Positions 61,038 through 64,000 of a stretch of 64,000 bases of DNA are shown piece after piece (the first letter of the stretch is position 1; each line of letters begins with the position of its first letter). The DNA lies in the sequence record OZ335961.1. The stretch is one strand, 5' to 3'. The notes beneath the pieces were generated by a model. It was not told the DNA's origin, searched no databases, and saw only the letters and a list, made by a program, of their open reading frames with translations. The DNA comes from a phage. The position numbers and the translations under genes were made by a program.

Positions 61038-62034
61038 TTCAAGTGTTATCTATCGTGCGATAGTTACTTCAAAATTTAGAACAGAAAAAATGTTGAATTT
61101 TTATAATTCAATTGGAAGTGGTCCAGATAAAAACACTATCTTTATCACATTTGGAAGATCAGAACCGTGGTCATCAAATGAAAATGAGGTGGGCTTTGCT
61201 CCACCTTATCCAACTGATTCTGTATTGGGTGTAACTGACATGTGGACTCATATGATGGGAACTGTAAAGGTTCTTCCATCTATGCTTGATGCAGTTATTC
61301 CTCGTAGAGATTGGGGAGATACTAGATATCCGGATCCATACACATTTAGAATTAACGATATTGTAGTGTGTAACTCAGCTCCTTACAATGCTACCGAATC
61401 AGGCGCAGGCTGGTTAGTATATCGTTGTTTAGATGTTCCTGATACAGGAATGTGCTCAATTGAGTCTTTAACTAATAAGGATGAATGCCTTAAGTTAGGT
61501 GGAAAATGGACTCCTTCTGTTAGGTCAATGACTCCTCCTGAAGGTCGAGGAGACGCGGAAGGAACAATCGAACCCGGAGACGGATATGTTTGGGAATATC
61601 TTTTTGAGATTCCGCCTGATGTATCTATAAATAGATGCACGAATGAGTATATCGTGGTTCCTTGGCCTGAGGAATTAAAAGAAGACCCGGCTAGATGGGG
61701 TTATGAAGATAATCTCACTTGGCAACAAGATGATTTCGGATTAATTTATCGCGTTAAGGCAAACACTATACGTTTTAAAGCATATTTAGATTCAGTTTAT
61801 TTTCCGGAAGCTGCATTGCCTGGAAATAAAGGATTTAGACAAATATCAATAATCACGAATCCTCTTGAAGCTAAAGCTAATCCAAATGACCCAAACGTTA
61901 AAGCTGAAAAGGATTATTATGATCCGGAAGATTTAATGAGGCATTCGGGCGAAATGATTTATATGGAAAATAGGCCACCTATTATCATGGCAATGGATCA
62001 AACAGAAGAAATCAATATTCTGTTTACATTTTAA
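61030..62034 (+). CDS. 8: Baseplate wedge protein gp8
   Basis: 334 aa, gene order. Confidence 0.93.
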   Translation: MNDSSVIYRAIVTSKFRTEKMLNFYNSIGSGPDKNTIFITFGRSEPWSSNENEVGFAPPYPTDSVLGVTDMWTHMMGTVKVLPSMLDAVIPRRDWGDTRYPDPYTFRINDIVVCNSAPYNATESGAGWLVYRCLDVPDTGMCSIESLTNKDECLKLGGKWTPSVRSMTPPEGRGDAEGTIEPGDGYVWEYLFEIPPDVSINRCTNEYIVVPWPEELKEDPARWGYEDNLTWQQDDFGLIYRVKANTIRFKAYLDSVYFPEAALPGNKGFRQISIITNPLEAKANPNDPNVKAEKDYYDPEDLMRHSGEMIYMENRPPIIMAMDQTEEINILFTF

Positions 62035-62039
62035 CTTAA

Positions 62040-62063
62040 GGGAGCCCATGGGCTCCCTTTTTC
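62040..62063 (+). terminator. Intrinsic terminator after gene 8
   Basis: Hairpin GGGAGCCCATGGGCTCCC followed by TTTTTC. Confidence 0.7.
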
Positions 62064-62065
62064 TT

Positions 62066-62073
62066 TATAAATA
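62066..62073 (+). promoter_or_regulatory. Late promoter TATAAATA for gene 9
   Basis: TATAAATA about 25 nt upstream of the gene 9 ATG. Confidence 0.6.
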
Positions 62074-62097
62074 CTATAAACTCATAAGGAAACCGCT

Positions 62098-62964
62098 ATG
62101 TTCATTCAAGAACCAAAGAAATTGATTGATACCGGCGAAATTGGTAACGCTTCTACTGGTGATATCTTATTCGACGGTGGTAATAAAATTAATAGTGATT
62201 TTAACGCAATTTATAATGCGTTTGGCGATCAGCGCAAAATGGCAGTAGCAAATGGCACTGGAGCAAATGGACAAATTATCCATGCTACTGGATATTATCA
62301 AAAACACTCTATTGCAGAGTACGCAACTCCAGTGAAAGTTGGCACTAGGCATGATATTGATACCTCTACTGTAGGTGTTAAAGTTATCATTGAAAGAGGC
62401 GAACTTGGCGACTGCGTTGAATTTATTAACTCAAATGGATCTATATCAGTTACTAATCCTTTAACGATTCAAGCGATTGATTCAATTAAAGGTGTTTCAG
62501 GTAATTTGGTAGTAACTAGCCCATATAGTAAAGTTACTTTACGTTGTATTTCATCTGATAATTCTACATCGGTTTGGAATTATTCTATTGAAAGCATGTT
62601 TGGACAAAAGGAATCACCAGCTGAAGGTACATGGAATATTTCTACATCCGGATCAGTTGATATTCCACTATTTCATCGTACTGAATACAATATGGCTAAA
62701 TTGCTAGTTACGTGCCAATCGGTAGATGGAAGAAAAATTAAAACAGCAGAAATAAATATTCTTGTGGATACTGTTAATTCAGAAGTCATTTCTTCTGAAT
62801 ATGCTGTCATGCGGGTCGGCAATGAAACCGAAGAAGACGAAATCGCTAATATTGCATTTAGTATTAAAGAAAATTATGTAACGGCGACTATAAGTTCTCC
62901 AACTGTCGGTATGAGAGCAGCAGTTAAAGTTATCGCTACGCAGAAAATCGGGGTGGCTCAATAA
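62098..62964 (+). CDS. 9: Baseplate protein gp9 (long tail fiber attachment)
   Basis: 288 aa, matches T4 gp9. Confidence 0.93.
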   Translation: MFIQEPKKLIDTGEIGNASTGDILFDGGNKINSDFNAIYNAFGDQRKMAVANGTGANGQIIHATGYYQKHSIAEYATPVKVGTRHDIDTSTVGVKVIIERGELGDCVEFINSNGSISVTNPLTIQAIDSIKGVSGNLVVTSPYSKVTLRCISSDNSTSVWNYSIESMFGQKESPAEGTWNISTSGSVDIPLFHRTEYNMAKLLVTCQSVDGRKIKTAEINILVDTVNSEVISSEYAVMRVGNETEEDEIANIAFSIKENYVTATISSPTVGMRAAVKVIATQKIGVAQ

Positions 62965-64000
62965 TGAAACAAAATATTAATATCGGTAATGTTGTAGATG
63001 ATGGTACCGGTGACTACCTGCGTAAAGGTGGTATAAAAATAAATGAAAACTTTGATGAACTTTATTATGAACTCGGTGATGGTGATGTTCCATATTCAGC
63101 CGGTGCCTGGAAAACTTATAATGCTTCATCTGGGCAAACACTAACGGCAGAATGGGGAAAATCATACGCTATTAATACTTCGTCTGGGAGAGTAACACTA
63201 CAACTTCCTAAAGGAACTGTTAATGATTATAATAAAGTAATTAGAGCTAGGGATGTATTCGCAACATGGAACATTAATCCAGTTACTTTAGTAGCTGCTT
63301 CTGGAGATACAATTAAAGGGTCGTCATCATCGGTTGAAATTAATATTCAATTTAGTGATTTGGAGTTAGTTTATTGTGCTCCAGGACGTTGGGAATATGT
63401 CAAAAATAAGCAAATTGACAAAATTATTAGTTCAGATATTAGTAATGTAGCTCGCAAAGAATTTTTAGTAGAAGTTCAAGGACAAACTGACTTCTTAGAT
63501 ATTTTCCGTGGAACTAGTTATAATGTTAATAACATAAGAGTAAAACATCGCGGTAACGAATTATATTACGGCGATGTATTTAGTGAAAACAGTGACTTTG
63601 GCTCTCCAGGGGAAAATGAAGGAGAATTAATTCCTCTTGATGGATTTAATATTAGGTTAAGACAGCCTTGTAATATTGGTGACACTGTTCAAATTGAAAC
63701 ATTTATGGATGGTGTATCACAATGGAGAAGTTCATATACAAGACGCCAAATAAAAGTACTAGATTCAAAACTAACATCAAAGACTTCTTTAGAAGGAAGC
63801 ATTTATGTTACTGATTTATCGGCGATGAAATCAATTCCATTTTCTGCATTTGGATTAATTCCTGGTGAACCTATTAATCCTAATTCTCTTGAGGTTCGTT
63901 TTAATGGAATTTTACAGCAGCAGGCTGGAACAGCTGGATATCCTCTGTTTTTGTGCGAAGGCGCTAATTCAGATACGCAAGAAGGATGTATATCTCTTGG
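62964..64000 (+). CDS. 10: Baseplate protein gp10 (short tail fiber attachment), 5' part only; runs past window end
   Basis: ATG overlaps gene 9 stop (TAATG); N-term MKQNINIGNVVDDGTGDYLRKGG matches T4 gp10. Confidence 0.88.
   Translation, partial: MKQNINIGNVVDDGTGDYLRKGGIKINENFDELYYELGDGDVPYSAGAWKTYNASSGQTLTAEWGKSYAINTSSGRVTLQLPKGTVNDYNKVIRARDVFATWNINPVTLVAASGDTIKGSSSSVEINIQFSDLELVYCAPGRWEYVKNKQIDKIISSDISNVARKEFLVEVQGQTDFLDIFRGTSYNVNNIRVKHRGNELYYGDVFSENSDFGSPGENEGELIPLDGFNIRLRQPCNIGDTVQIETFMDGVSQWRSSYTRRQIKVLDSKLTSKTSLEGSIYVTDLSAMKSIPFSAFGLIPGEPINPNSLEVRFNGILQQQAGTAGYPLFLCEGANSDTQEGCISL

Overview
This window is a contiguous segment of a T4-like (T-even, Tevenvirinae) phage genome. Many proteins are near-identical to T4 proteins as I recall them: gp43 DNA polymerase, lysozyme e, RegA, gp45, endonuclease VII, thymidine kinase, RegB, rI and gp5. 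Positions 1-52780 are almost entirely minus-strand early/middle genes: a glycosyltransferase at the beta-gt locus (partial), 42, imm, 43, regA, 62, 44, 45, rpbA, 46, 47, a-gt, 55, nrdH/nrdG/nrdD, 49, nrdC, a long block of small and mid-sized ORFs of unknown function, rI, tk, regB, ipII/ipIII, e, nudE, a tRNA cluster interrupted by a GIY-YIG endonuclease gene, the ipI locus, 57B/57A, 1, 3, 2 and 4. From 52828 the plus strand carries late baseplate genes 53, 5, 5.1, 5.4, 6, 7, 8, 9 and the start of 10. Compared with T4 as I remember it, this phage has a different glycosyltransferase at the beta-gt locus, an uninterrupted nrdD, no denV (a P-loop protein sits there instead), a different tRNA set (Tyr and Asn present, Pro not found) and extra internal-protein-like genes. 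No single obviously novel system stands out; the best candidates for undescribed biology are a nucleotidyltransferase-fold plus AAA+ ATPase operon, a tandem four-member paralogous family with C-terminal coiled coils, a macro-domain-like protein, and the extra internal proteins. All calls are from manual reading and recalled T4 sequences, with no database search. ORF-track start coordinates often use GTG/TTG, and I refined only the starts I could check. Promoter, hairpin and terminator coordinates are approximate to within a few bases.
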